Part shown: piece after piece, positions 11,001 through 24,974 of the stretch | How the letters are laid out: each line of letters opens with the position of its first letter | Numbering within the stretch: the first letter of the stretch is position 1 | DNA from: Paragordius varius | Lineage: Eukaryota; Animalia; Nematomorpha | DNA length: 64,000 nucleotides | Reading direction: 5' to 3' | NCBI GenBank assembly: GCA_964247055.1 | Contig: OZ176056.1 | Span: forward strand, 1,240,001-1,304,000 | The notes under the pieces: model-generated | Databases searched by the model: none | What the model was told of the DNA's origin: nothing | What the model saw: only the letters and a program-made list of their open reading frames with translations | Made by a program: the position numbers and the translations under genes

Positions 11001-14000
11001 CTTACAATAAACCGTCCGGCAAAATCTGTTTTCAATCAATTCTCAACTTGTTAACAACTAAAACACCATCTATCTTGTTACTGAATTGGGGCTTCGGTGA
11101 TGAGTGGATGTACACAATAATACTTTAATCTGTTTAGTCCTTTACAGTAAACTCAAGTTAGCCAAGTCTTACAATAAACCGTCCGGCGAAATCTGTTTTC
11201 AATCAATTCTCAACTTGTTAACAACTAAAACACCTTTTATCTTGTTACTGAATTGGGGCTTCGGTGATGAGTGGATGTACACAATAATACTTTAATCTGT
11301 TTAGTCCTTTACAGTAAACTCAAGTTAGCCAAGTCTTACAATAAACCGTCCGGCGAAATCTGTTTTCAATCAATTCTCAACTTGTTAACAACTAAAACAC
11401 CTTTTATCTTGTTACTGAATTGGGGCTTCGGTGATGAGTGGATGTACACAATAATACTTTAATCTGTTTAGTCCTTTACAGTAAACTCAAGTTAGCCAAG
11501 TCTTTACAATAAACCGTCCGGCAAAATCTGTTTTCAATCAATTCTCAACTCGTTAACAACCAAAACAACATCTATCTTGTTACTGAATTGGGGCTTCGGT
11601 GATGAGTGGATGTACACAATAATACTTTAATCTGTTTAGTTCTTTACAGTAAACTCAAGTTAGGCAAGTCTTTACAATAAACCGTCCAACAAAATCTGTT
11701 TTCAATCAATTCTCAACTCGTTAACAACCAAAACACCGTCTATCTTGTTACTGAATTGGGGCTTCGGTGATGAGTGAATGTACTTAATAATACTTTAATC
11801 TGTTTACTCCTTTACAGTAAACTCAAGATAGCCAAGTCTTTACAATAAACCGTCCGGCAAAATCTGTTTTCAATCAATTCTCAACTCGTTAACAACCAAA
11901 ACACCATCTATCTTGTTACTGAATTGGGGCTTCGGTGATGAGTGGATGTACACAATAATACTTTAATCTGTTTACTCCTTTACAGTAAACTCAAGTTAGC
12001 CAAGTCTTTACAATAAACCGTCCGGCAAAATCTGTTTTCAATCAATTCTCAACTCGTTAACAACCAAAACAACATCTATCTTGTTACTGAATTGGGGCTT
12101 CGGTGATGAGTGGATGTACACAATAATACTTTAATCTGTTTAGTTCTTTACAGTAAACTCAAGTTAGGCAAGTCTTTACAATAAACCGTCCGGCAAAATC
12201 TGTTTTCAATCAATTCTCAACTCGTTAACAACTAAAACACCATCTATCTTGTTACTGAATTGGGGCTTCGGTGATGAGTGGATGTACACAATAATACTTT
12301 AATCTGTTTACTCCTTTACAGTAAACTCAAGTTAGCCAAGTCTTTACAATAAACCGTCCGGCAAAATCTGTTTTCAATCAATTCTCAACTTGTTAACAAT
12401 TAAAACACCTTTTATCTTGTTACTGAATTGGGGCTTCGGTGATGAGTGGATGTACACAATAATACTTTAATCTGTTTAGTTCTTTACAGTAAACTCAAGA
12501 TAGCCAAGTCTTTACAATAAACCGTCCGGCAAAATCTGTTTTCAATCAATTCTCAACTCGTTAACAACTAAAACACCATCTATCGTGTTACTGAATTGGG
12601 GGTTCGGTGATGAGTGGATGTACACAATAATACTTTAATCTGTTTAGTCCTTTACAGTAAACTCAAGTTAGCCAAATCTTACAATAAACCGTCCGGCAAA
12701 ATCTGTTTTCAATCAATTCTCAACTTGTTAACAACTAAAACACCTTTTATCTTGTTACTGAATTGGGGCTTCGGTGATGAGTGGATGTACACAATAATAC
12801 TTTAATCTGTTTAGTCCTTTACAGTAAACTCAAGTTAGCCAAGTCTTACAATAAACCGTCCGGCGAAATCTCTTTTCAATCAATTCTCAACTTGTTAACA
12901 ACTAAAACACCTTTTATCTTGTTACTGAATTGGGGCTTCGGTGATGAGTGGATGTACACAATAATTCTTTAATCTGTTTAGTCCTTTACAGTAAACTCAA
13001 GTTAGCCAAGTCTTTTGAATAAACCGTCCGGCGAAATCTGTTTTCAATCAATTCTCAACTTGTTAACAACTAAAACACCTTTTATCTTGTTACTGAATTG
13101 GGGCTTCGGTGATGAGTGGATGTACACAATAATACTTTAATCTGTTTAGTCCTTTACAGTAAACTCAAGTTAGCCAAGTCTTTACAATAAACCGTCCGGC
13201 AAAATCTGTTTTCAATCAATTCTCAACTCGTTAACAACCAAAACAACATCTATCTTGTTACTGAATTGGGGCTTCGGTGATGAGTGGATGTACACAATAA
13301 TACTTTAATCTGTTTAGTCCTTTACAGTAAACTCAAGTTGGCCAAATCTTACAATAAACCGTCCGGCAAAATCTGTTTTCAATCAATTCTCAACTCGTTA
13401 ACAACCAAAACACCATCTATCTTGTTACTGAATTGGGGCTTCGGTGATGAGTGGATGTACACAATAATACTTTAATCTTTTAGTCCTTTACAGTAAACTC
13501 AAGTTAGCCAAATCTTACAATAAACCGTCCGGCAAAATCTGTTTTCAATCAATTCTCAACTCGTTAACAACCAAAACACCGTCTATCTTGTTACTGAATT
13601 GGGTCTTCGGTGATGACTGGATGTACACAATAATACTTTAATCTGTTTAGTCCTTTAGAGTAAACTCAAGTTAGCCAAATCTTACAATAAACCGTCCGGC
13701 GAAATCTGTTTTCAATCAATTCTCAACTCGTTAACAACCAAAACACCGTCTATCTTGTTACTGAATTGGGGCTTCGGTGATGAGTGGATGTACACAATAA
13801 TACTTTAATCTGTTTAGTCCTTTACAGTAAACTCAAGTTAGCCAAGTCTTTACAATAAACCGTCCGGCAAAATCTGTTTTCAATCAATTTTCAACTCGTT
13901 AACAACCAAAACACCGTCTATCTTGTTACTGAATTGGGGCTTCGGTGATGAGTGGATGTAGACAATATTACTTTAATCTGTTTAGTCCTTTACAGTAAAC

Positions 14001-14125
14001 TCAAGGTAGCCAAATCTTACCATAAACCCTCCGGCAAAATCTGTTTTCAATCAATTCTTAACTCGTTAACAACTAAAACACTATCTATCTTGTTACTGAA
14101 ATGCGGCTTCGATGCCAAGTGGATA
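8034..14125 (+). repeat. 167/168-bp tandem satellite array, copy 1 (~36 units)
   Basis: Head-to-tail units containing cttcggtgatgagtggatgtacacaataatactttaatc; decayed units at both edges. Confidence 0.98.
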
Positions 14126-14630
14126 TAAATGACTAGGCCAGAAGGTTTTTTATCGATACAGCAAAAACATCATAAGTACCACATTTTGCTTTTCATATAC
14201 TCCCAATTTGCCTTTCTCAATCTTATATTTGTCACATATCTTATTCTCCAACTCTCGTACCAATTACAAAAGAATTACAGCCATTACATTTATTTTGATA
14301 TCCAATATTTATAATGTTTTATTAAATAATACATATATCACCCATAAAAATGTGGTTATAACACCTTACAGAATAATAAATAAATATTTTTAGTCGTATA
14401 TAGTATTCATATTTTATGGTAATTTTTTTAAAAATATATGTTATATATTTTGATATAAATCAATTAGGACAGACAGCGATTCCGTATACTACCTTCAATA
14501 ACCAAATTAACAATTATTGGCAGGATTAATTTCAAAAATAAAAAATTCTTAAAAATTAAAATTTTACAGTGGACAAAACGTAAAAACTAAAAACATATAA
14601 GTTTTATAAAAGATTACCATATTTCTTAAC

Positions 14631-14702
14631 CAAATCTTATCACCGTTTTGTTTTGCAAAGTAAGGTATATTGATTTAAGTGATGACACTATTATATAATA
14701 TA
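14631..14702 (-). other. Candidate 72-nt exon of an unresolved minus-strand gene (counterpart 48170-48241)
   Basis: ttttaag|...|gttaag boundaries, open in phase 1 (YYIIVSSLKSIYLTLQNKTVIRF), better conserved between copies than the flanks. Confidence 0.35.
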
Positions 14703-15237
14703 CTTAAAAAGATTTAATTTACTTTATTTAGGAATTATCTAGTTAGTCGGTTATCTTTTTAGATTGTCTTTTACTTTTTGTTTTATATATATAAATTATT
14801 TTTATTGTAAAATCGTAAATAAAAATTTAAATGTGCACCAAATCGGGGAAGGTGTTATAAAAAATACCCAATATAATACCCAATATATTTCTGATAAAAA
14901 ATGATAAAAATCCTATGTTGCTTTTGTTTTGGGTCTTACCATTAGGTTGTGAAAAACGGACGAACGGATCCTAAAATGAATGGTTCCACTAAAATAACGC
15001 AAAATGCTCAGATCGCGTGACATTAAAAAAATTTATTTTTAGAAAAAAATGTTTTAAAACTAAGATTTTGGCAGAATTTAGTTGAAGCCATATTGCCTGC
15101 CATTTTCAAACATACATGACGAACGCGGTTTAAATACGCTTTGTAAAATTATGAAAAGACTTTTTTTATATTATTTAGTAATACTCAACATATCACCTCA
15201 GAATTTTGATTAAAAAATAGTTTGTTCAAGTTTAAGT

Positions 15238-15271
<34 letters not shown>

Positions 15272-15671
15272 ACAAAATTTGACCCAATTTGGAAGAAAAA
15301 CCATTGAATTATTATATAGAAAAGTTTTTTATCTCATAATTTGGCAGTAAATAGGAGAGTTTTTGGTGTATTGCCAATTAGAGGCATTTCAGAATTTATT
15401 TTGTTCAAAATAGTAGAGAATTGGGTATTTTGTCTGACATATTTGTTTGGAGAAGTTTTTAAAGGAGTTATTAATAAATTCGTTATGTATGTCCAGCTTT
15501 CAATAGTAATGTGAGAAATACTGGATCTGCTATTGGCTTTTAATTTGATATCATGCGACGACCAAATCTTATTGTATTTTTAAGGGTCAAAAATCTCCCA
15601 CATAGAATGTGTTTTAATGGTTAACTAGTTCCATGCGAACAATTTTTAAATATATGATTTGAATTCCAAAA

Positions 15672-15868
15672 TATTTTATCAAAAAAATTTTTTTCGTTAA
15701 ATGGGCATAAATATTTGGTAAAGAATGGAAAAAACAAGAGCGCTATATTAGTTCTTTATACCTTTTAATGAATATGATATGGTTAATACCATAGAGCTCT
15801 TGTTTTTTCCATTCTTTACCAAATATTTATACCCATTTAACGAAAAAAAATAAATTTTTGATAAAATA
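15672..15868. repeat. Near-perfect inverted repeat (arms ~75 bp, spacer ~45 bp), present only in copy 1
   Basis: ttcgttaaatgggcataaatatttggtaaagaatggaaaaaacaagagc / gctcttgttttttccattctttaccaaatatttatacccatttaacgaa. Confidence 0.9.
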
Positions 15869-17769
15869 AAGGATACATGACTGTAATTAATTATATGGTG
15901 GCTGTAATGGTCTTGCTTTTAATTCTATTAAAAATATTTGACGATATTTTTGAGCTGAGCTGACTGCCTTCATTTTGAAGGAATCAGTTGTCGTTAATCC
16001 ATCCTTTTTACATTTATGTTCCATAATTAGCGAAATTTTAATAATAAATGGCATAATCGTAACATTTAAAATTAAAATATTACAAGAATAAGTATTTATA
16101 CATTTTATTTAACCTGAAATAATGTGAAAAGGGATGTTTTTTGCTTCAAATTTTATATTTATTTACTTAAAAACTTATATTGTTGCTTAAATACTTGTAT
16201 TTCGCACGGATTTACGAATCCCTTCAAAATTAAATTTGTTTACAAATATTTTAAATCTTAAAAACAATTTAACATATTTTGCTTAGGCTGTTATAACGTT
16301 TAAGTAAGAATGTTGTTAATTTGTTTATGCATTACATTGTAGTTGGAGCGTACCTTGTACTATGGATATCTGACCTTATAAAATGTTTTTTTAACGTGAA
16401 TATCCAAACATTTTTTTAAAAAGTATTTTATTTAATATTCCGATGATGAATGCTATTATGCGAACTTTAATTTATAGTTTTATAGCTTGTATTCTACTAA
16501 GTCAAACGACAGGTAATTTGCCGCAGTTTGTGCTTTTAGGAAAACTTGACTGCTTTAAATGGCAAATTACGTCAATTTTTAATTTTAAAAATAATTTTCT
16601 GATTCTTTAGATTTTCACTGTAAAACTTATATTTCGAGTGATATGGTGTTCTGATTAGATAGAGTAAGGCGTCAATGTTAGTAAATAGATTTAAAAACAA
16701 TCAGTCATTTATTAGTTATCTTTAACTATAATAATATATCTCTACTTCATATCCGTCCAATAACCTTTTTATACTTTAGCTATGCAATAATTTTCTAAAT
16801 TTTGAGTTTTTATAAATTGCCAACAATATATAAATTTGATATATTAATACTAAACAAAAACAACTAAAATGATTATGTTAAATCAATCATTATATAATAC
16901 GCCATTACTAGTGTTATGACATGACATTATGTGATAAATCTCGTATTATAGAATTTTTAGTCGGTTTATACTTCAATGGAATAATTAATAATGGCAACTT
17001 TAATCCTTAGTGATTAACCTATAATGTGGTATTTAAGTGAAAAAATATATATTTAACTATATTTGCTTTAAATATGAAAAAATTAAAAACGTTTTATCCT
17101 TAATGATTAATAATCATATTTACTTTATTAATTGCAAAATCTATTATAAATGTTATCATTGTTTTATTGCAATATTAATTGTGATTTGATAGGTTAGTTT
17201 ATATTATACCACACCTCTTCATCTTGAGTAAACTTCTTATTAATTTGCATATTCTCAATACCATGGCATTATTATAGTATTGTAATAATTTTAAAATTTT
17301 TCTTATACTTAGGTATTTTAAGATATTTGAAAACACATAATTTATTTATAGCGTTATTTTAAAATGTCTGAGGGTGAATTTAAAGTGTCAAGAATAAATT
17401 TGAGGAGGTAATGGTTTTTTTTAAATATTGATAAAAGTTTGCAAATAATTGATTACAAAGCCAATCGACCGGTTTTATATATTGATCCATGCTATACGAA
17501 TTTTAATATTTTTTTATATAATTATATAGCATATCGTAAACAAATTGTATTCGGTATTTTATAATTTTTCCTGATTATGATTTATTAAATTACTTAAGAA
17601 TAATAATTATCATTTACTATAAATAAATTTTCATAAATAAAGATATGTTAGCAAAAGTCAATTGATATTTTTTACATATAGTTAACATTTTATTGTAAAT
17701 TAGTTATTGAGATCTAGGATGATAATTATTCACTTAATACTAATCAATCCAAAACGGACATTGAACAAA

Positions 17770-17803
<34 letters not shown>

Positions 17804-18491
17804 TTTTTTAAAAATATTTAAATATGTACTACAATGGTTGATACTAGAATTATTTAAAAACTGGTTCCAAATCAACAATTTTCTGTTTTGGCTTTTCCAC
17901 ATAAACTTTTATGGTTCGTGGTTTTTTAAGTCATTGTCAAATCTCGATTTCATATTTTTATAACACTATTTTTATGGAAAAAATGTATAACCGGACATCG
18001 TATGATTCTAAATCATACAATTTAAGAGATTTTTAAAAAAGAAAATGATTAAGCCGTTTATTACCGCGGTTTACAATGCTGTTTCAATCGATATTATAAT
18101 TTATATTTTTATACATATTTATTATTAGGAATTTCAGAAAATATACAAGTTATAATTAAATATATCCCTTTTTCGTTACCATAATTATTTTTATTTTGCA
18201 ATTATTAACTGGCTAATTCAAATTTTTTATTTTGAAGAATCTCACTAAAATACCCAACGTGTCAGTTACTGAATTTGCAATAAGTAATATTTTTTAGATT
18301 ATATATATGTAGATAATTTTTAGGTTTGCAGGGGTGTCCAGCCCAGCAAAAAATTTAGAAATATATTTTCAAAAAACTTTCTTATGTATATAAAATTAAT
18401 ACTTAAAATATTTTCTGAATTAACTTCGGCAACAAACTAGAAATAGATATATTTGTTTAAAATTTTTTTTATGTCTGAATAATAATATATA

Positions 18492-18805
18492 ACATTTATA
18501 ATTCAAATTTACCCTTAAGCAATTCAAATTCCCCCTCGAACCACTCAAATTCACCCTAAACAATTCACCCTCACCCTTAACATAAATTATATGCTTTCGG
18601 AATGATATAATTCATCATTGATATGAATATTTTTACGAGATAGATTATTTTTTCAGCATTATATTAATTTTAAACGAAATTTGATATTTTAAAATTATTT
18701 TAAAAAGGTAATTTTTAATCTTAAAAAACACATCATTTATTTTAGGGTGAATTTGAATTGTTCGAGGGTGAATTTTTGTTAAGGGTGAATTTGAACTGCA
18801 AATGC
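18492..18805. mobile_element. MITE family A, older shared insertion (counterpart 52527-52775)
   Basis: catttataattcaaatt...gggtgaatttgaactgcaaatg ends. Confidence 0.7.
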
Positions 18806-19759
18806 TATATTTAGCTTATATATATATGTCAAATGCGGCCCGCCGATATTTTGATTCAAAAGCCCCCGAAGCTATTTTATGTTCTTGTTTTAAAGGTTAA
18901 AATTAAATATTTAATATGATACTAACTTATTTTAAGTGGTACAATTTAGAGCTCCATATTAGAGAAATATTGGTTTGACCGATTAAAAATAACGGTTTTA
19001 GTGTTTATAAATGCAATTCCCGCTTTAATATTATGAACAGATAAATGCGGCTTAAAAAGTGAAAATTCAATTTTAATATGACCATATATATCATTAAAAA
19101 TACTTATTTAGTCATAAAATTAAGTTTACCATATGTCAAATTCACATTTTGTTTCAAACGATATCATATGGTTAAAATTGTTTAAGTATTGACTGGTTAT
19201 TTTTAATAATTTTAAGCAACCGGGGTCAGTCTAAATAATAAAATAATTTATCATCTGTTTTTTTCAGATTCAAATGAAACTCAGTTGATGGATAAATATT
19301 ATTATCAGGTCTCGTAATTTTAAAACTTAATTATCTTCTGTATACTAATATTTACAGTAAATTTAAATTATACAGACTAAACGTCAAAATATAAATACAA
19401 ATATCATTTTAACACGGCTATAGTTTTTATGACTTGATTATTTCAATTTTAACTCGTTTTAAAATGCAAAGTATGAAATAGAGATGTATATTGAACACAA
19501 TTTATAAATTCTACAATTGTAAATTGATAGTTTATATAGAAAAAATATTTGTCTTTATGTTTTCAGCTTTTGTCTTAGAATTCCGATTTTTACTGTACAA
19601 TAATTAAGGCTTTACAAAAAAACTTAAACATACTTTTTTAGGCAGGGCCAGGAGAAACAAGTAAAAGCGTGTGGGTTTTATTCTATCTAAATTTTAAGTA
19701 TTTAAACATGTTTTAAAAAATAGATAATTAAGAACACATATAAATTTAAATTTTTATAG

Positions 19760-19934
19760 CAGTATGCATTTTAATGGTTGATTATTTCACACTATAGTAG
19801 GGCAATATGCAAGTATGGAAAAAACAACAAAATGTTGAATAAACAATTTATTCCTTTCTTTTTTCCATACATACACTCCTGTGTTGCAAATCGTTCAGCT
19901 ATAGTGAAATAAGCAACCATTAAAATGCATACTG
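19760..19934. mobile_element. Small palindromic MITE (CAGT...ACTG ends)
   Basis: cagtatgcattttaatggttgattatttcac / gtgaaataagcaaccattaaaatgcatactg, plus inner arms gtatggaaaaaa / ttttttccatac. Confidence 0.75.
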
Positions 19935-22900
19935 GATATTAACTGCCTTTGCTCAATTGTATATATCTTATTTTTATGTTAAAGAATTGATTGCCTCATT
20001 TTTTAGTCTAGAGGTTTTTACATTTTTACACAATGTTAACCAACGATCTTTATAAATATTAAAAATTTTGTTGTTAAAATGGTTAAAGATTTTAATGAGA
20101 TATTTTTAAATAATAATTAAAAAACTTTTTCATTTTTTAATATAGCTGCGAATATAAGGAAAGACCCTCATAAAACGGTTATTATATTGGAAATATGCAG
20201 TGATAATCAGGCTTTATTTTTGTGTTGATCCGATGAACTTAGAGGAATGAATCTAATGAAAATTCATTAATAAATTTATAATTAATTTTGATGATATTGC
20301 ATCAAAAATATATAATTTGCTAGTAATTTTTTTATATTTATAAGATTTCATACTGGTATCCGTGCTTAAAATATTAGTAGTATAAAGTTTCGAATATCAT
20401 TGCGATACGTTTAAAATAAATTCAGTGATATGAAACTGACATTAAATAAAACTTTATAGTAATATTATAATTCTTAGAAGAAGTATGAAAGGCCGAACAA
20501 AACAAATCCAATTTTCAAAGGTCGGACTTAAGTATGAAAATATATTTGTAATATAAAAAGGATTCTGGCATTAATGGAAAAAAACTTTTAGTTGCTTCTC
20601 CTGGTATACTAATTTTAATCATATTTCTATTTTATATTTTTAAAAGGGGCCAGTTTATACAAACAAATAATTAGACATAATGGCATTTATTGTCAATTAC
20701 ATGATTTCAAACAGTAAAAAAATTTAAATATTTTATAAATATAAATAAAAACATTAAATTTGCATTTTAAGATATAATAAAATTAATTATTTTGATTGAC
20801 TCACAATTTATACAAATAAATAATATGTCAAGAATCGTTAAATAACAGGGAAAAAATAAAAATGGCTACATGGGAAGCATTTTCGACTTAATACCATTCG
20901 TAATATATATACTAATTATTCACCAATTTAGCAAAATTTTTCCAAAAAATTTGAATAAAATAAATGGACATATTTTTTCCATTCATTATATTTCATATTT
21001 AATTGATAATTCACAAAAATGTTGGAGGACAGCGGTTCAAGATACCCCTGGATATAACATTATTTTTAGGATTACATCATTTTTAAGCTAAAAAAGTTTA
21101 ATTATACCAGTTATTTAAAAAAATTTGTGTAAATATCGAAGAGTTTTGTCTTAAAAATTTTTTTACTAATTTAATTTTATCATTGATTTAAATTAGTTGT
21201 TGCAGCGATCGGAATTGGTATGATACATATTTGTCTTTTCTATTAATCTTTCAAATATATTTTTGCTTTATAAATTTTTAAGGTGCTCTAGCTCCACAAG
21301 GTATTTCTCATAATTTTCATAAAATTTAGTAATTTTAACCGTTTAGATTTAAAGAAAAATAGAAATAATTAAAACTAAAAAAATATTTTATTCAATATTT
21401 GATAAATATTGATATTTATAAAGTTTTTTATTGCTAAATTGATTTAATTTTCAGAATTACTTTAAATTTGTTTTAATGTTATATTTTGGACCATTTTACA
21501 TAAATCTTTTAAACTAGTTATTATTAATGATTAAAATGAACGTATAATTCTTATGTTTAGAATTTACCATTTTAAAAAAAATATCACACTAAAAATATTT
21601 TTTATAAAGTTGTATTATTTAATATTTTTAGTGGCAGGTAAACATTAAAGATTTAACTTATATTGCAAAAAATATTTTAAATATTACCGAATAAAAGTTC
21701 GGATATTTATTCGACGTAAAATGTAATTTTGAATTTTAATATTTATTTTAATCATAGTAAAATAAATAAAGTACCTAATCATACAAACAAAACGTATAAA
21801 AGACAACTCTTTCTTAAAATCTTGACTTATTTTAAAATTAACTCATCCTTTTGTGGTTTCCAAAATGATAAATTGAGATTAAAATTATTAATAAACTAAA
21901 TAAAAAACATAAAATTTAAATAAGAATAATCAAAGCAAAAGAATGTTTGACTTTTTTGAGAAATCTTTTTTTGTATTGTCCGTATAGTTTCACAGAATTA
22001 AGTCTTACAATAATAAAATATATGTTTTAAATCAAAAAGTTAGCTGATTTGACCTATTTAAGATATGAATTCATTAAATTATATTAGCTTGTATTAATAT
22101 ATCTGGTGTCATTTTCTAACTCTCTCTATTTTATATTCAAAATTAATGCAAGTAAAAATATGTAAATAATGTTTTAATCCAGTCATTTATTATTTTTTTC
22201 ATGAGTCGCATTTAAAATTGTGTCATTTAACCTTTATATATACAGTACAGTAAAATTGATATTATAAGGACCAAACCTAAAAATATAAAGACAACATTTT
22301 TATTTCAAAAGACAACCATATTTTTTTAACCATAAATTTATCCTATAAAAATCATTTAATTCCAATAAAATACATAATTAATTAATTGTGTTTCCAATAT
22401 ATTCTTTACAGTTCAAAACAATAAATTATATTTAAATAAAAGATTTAAAAAGTATGATTGTCTTTTAGATGAAAAAATTTGTCTTTATATTATTACAATT
22501 TGTCCGTCTAATTTAGATTTTTACCGTATATTTATCATTCTAAACCGACAACATTACCACGAAATCTGATAAGGAATAAAGAAAAAAAGATTTATTTGCA
22601 AGAATTGTAAAATATCAAAAATATATCTTTACTATTTTTAAAGGTTTAAAATAATTACATTTTAATTGATTTTATAGATTTTGCTCTTTATGAGGTCCCC
22701 AAAAACCTAACAACTACTCAAAACTATAATTTAAAGCCAAGACTATATTTAAACATCGGAAAATGAGCTTATTTTTCAGCGCGTTACTATAGTTTGCTGG
22801 GAGGGCCATTTAAGGCGGGACGAATGTATAAGGACTCTGATTTTCATAAAAATTAATTTTGGCATATTGTCATTTTTTTCCTAATAAAATTGAAAAAAAT

Positions 22901-24941
22901 ATAAAAATTTTAATATAATTTTCTTTAATTATGAGTAGAGTTTAGATAAGTTATCCACCTAATATAACCATAAAAACATAAATTGTAGCCTTGTGATTTA
23001 ATTTTTGTATGAATTCGCAACTTTTTTTGGTATTTTAATTAAATAAATTTTTTTTACAAATTGCTTTGTTAGAAAACGGTCACTTCAAAGATAATTTTTA
23101 ATAAGTTTAATTATGTAAAAATATAATTTTAATACATATTTTTATTTAGCTACTGTACTCACAGGTAAAACTTAAATAATTTTTTACAAATAAAAATATT
23201 GTAGATGGAGGTATATAATTAAATGATCCAAAAAAATATATGTTATAATAAAAATTAACCATATATTATCATAACCTTTTTTTATTGGGTATTTTTCTAA
23301 ATTTTATTATATTTTGAAATAGTTGAAATCACTGAAGCAGCTAAATTGGTTGAAACAATTGCTAATACTGGTAATTTATATAACAATAATTAAATTTTTT
23401 TCATATAAAAATAACTTTTTGTTTTGTAATTTCTGGTTTTTTAATATTACAATATGTAAACACACTGTAAATTGTATAAAATTATTTATAGAAATATTTG
23501 CTTCACTAAACTATTTGAAACCAAATAAAATCTTTTTCGGAAATTTTTATATGTTTATTTAAAATAAATCTAAAAATCAAGAAAATGGAGGCGAATTGGC
23601 TCAATTAAAACCAAGTAATGACAATGTTTATTTTTGGGTGACAAAGTTATTATCAGTTTTAATTTTAAAATTATTTTTTTATTACATTTTTTTTACTTTT
23701 TTTGATATTCTACCCTAACCTAAGCATTTTTGCCGGTTTATGTTAAAAATAAAAAAATCTTAGTTTATAACTTTTAGAAAATATTTATATTTTATTAGGG
23801 CTCAGTATAGATCCACCAACAACTGAAGGTTTTTTTAATTCGACATTATCTATTTATACATTATTTTATGATAATATATATAAAAGAATTAGGAAATACT
23901 ATTGTTGTTGAAAAATTAAGACATTAGCCTAAGCCTGTGATTTTTATACTTTTTATCTGAAAACATATATTCTTTAGGTTCTGATAATACCATATCTGAA
24001 ATTACCCCACAAAGCACATCAGGTTTTAATTAAAATACTAGCTAAATATTTTTATGATATACATATTATTTTTTCCAATTTTAAACAGAGGCCACAGAAC
24101 CCCAAGCTGGACCATCCGGTCTTCAAAGAATTAGATTTTTATAAAAAATTATTTTACTTTATATGACCTTAGCCGTGCCCGCTTTCAAAAATATTTAAAA
24201 TAACATATGATGTGTGTATGTAGGATTATGTTAAAAATAAATTTTTAAGTAAAAAATTTGCTTATTAATTCAAATAATTTTTATATTACACTTAATGTTT
24301 TGTAATTTATTCAAAATTTAAAAAAGCCAACTTTTTTTAGTACATGTATTGTTTTTGCTACGAAATTTTTTGCACATATGAGCAGCTATCCTAGGTAGGC
24401 TAAATATTATATTAATTATGAAATGTATGAGTCCATATCACACAACATGAAACCAAATTATAAAAATAGGTCTCCAAAAATACGGATGAAAGTTTTTTAA
24501 CCTTTTAAATTAATATGCAATCAAAATAAAAAAGATGTATGATAATAAAAAACCATAATTTACATAAAAGTTTAAGAATAATCACGAAATATTATATTAT
24601 TTTATATATTTTGGCTAATTTATATTATCCTTTTGTAAAGATTAATTTATAAACTTAAGGTCAGTTGACCGATATTTAAAATTTAAGGCCGAAATTAAGT
24701 TATTTCTTAAGACTCCATTTTAATTTTGCTGATTCAGTTCTGATGGAATATATAAAAATATATATAATTCCATAAATTTAGATTCTGATGTAGTTGACAA
24801 TGATTTAAGCGGTATAATTTACAATTTAATTCTAAAAAGAAATATTAATATTTCAAAAGCCGATTTTTCCAAATAATGAAAAAATTGTTTAAATATAGAG
24901 ATTATTTTATCTGTATAAGTAATCTAGACTTCATTTTTTGT

Positions 24942-24974
<33 letters not shown>

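Noticed and set aside
8034-14125. Array as a CRISPR locus
   Set aside because: Units are contiguous with no unique spacers, the context is eukaryotic, and there are no cas genes
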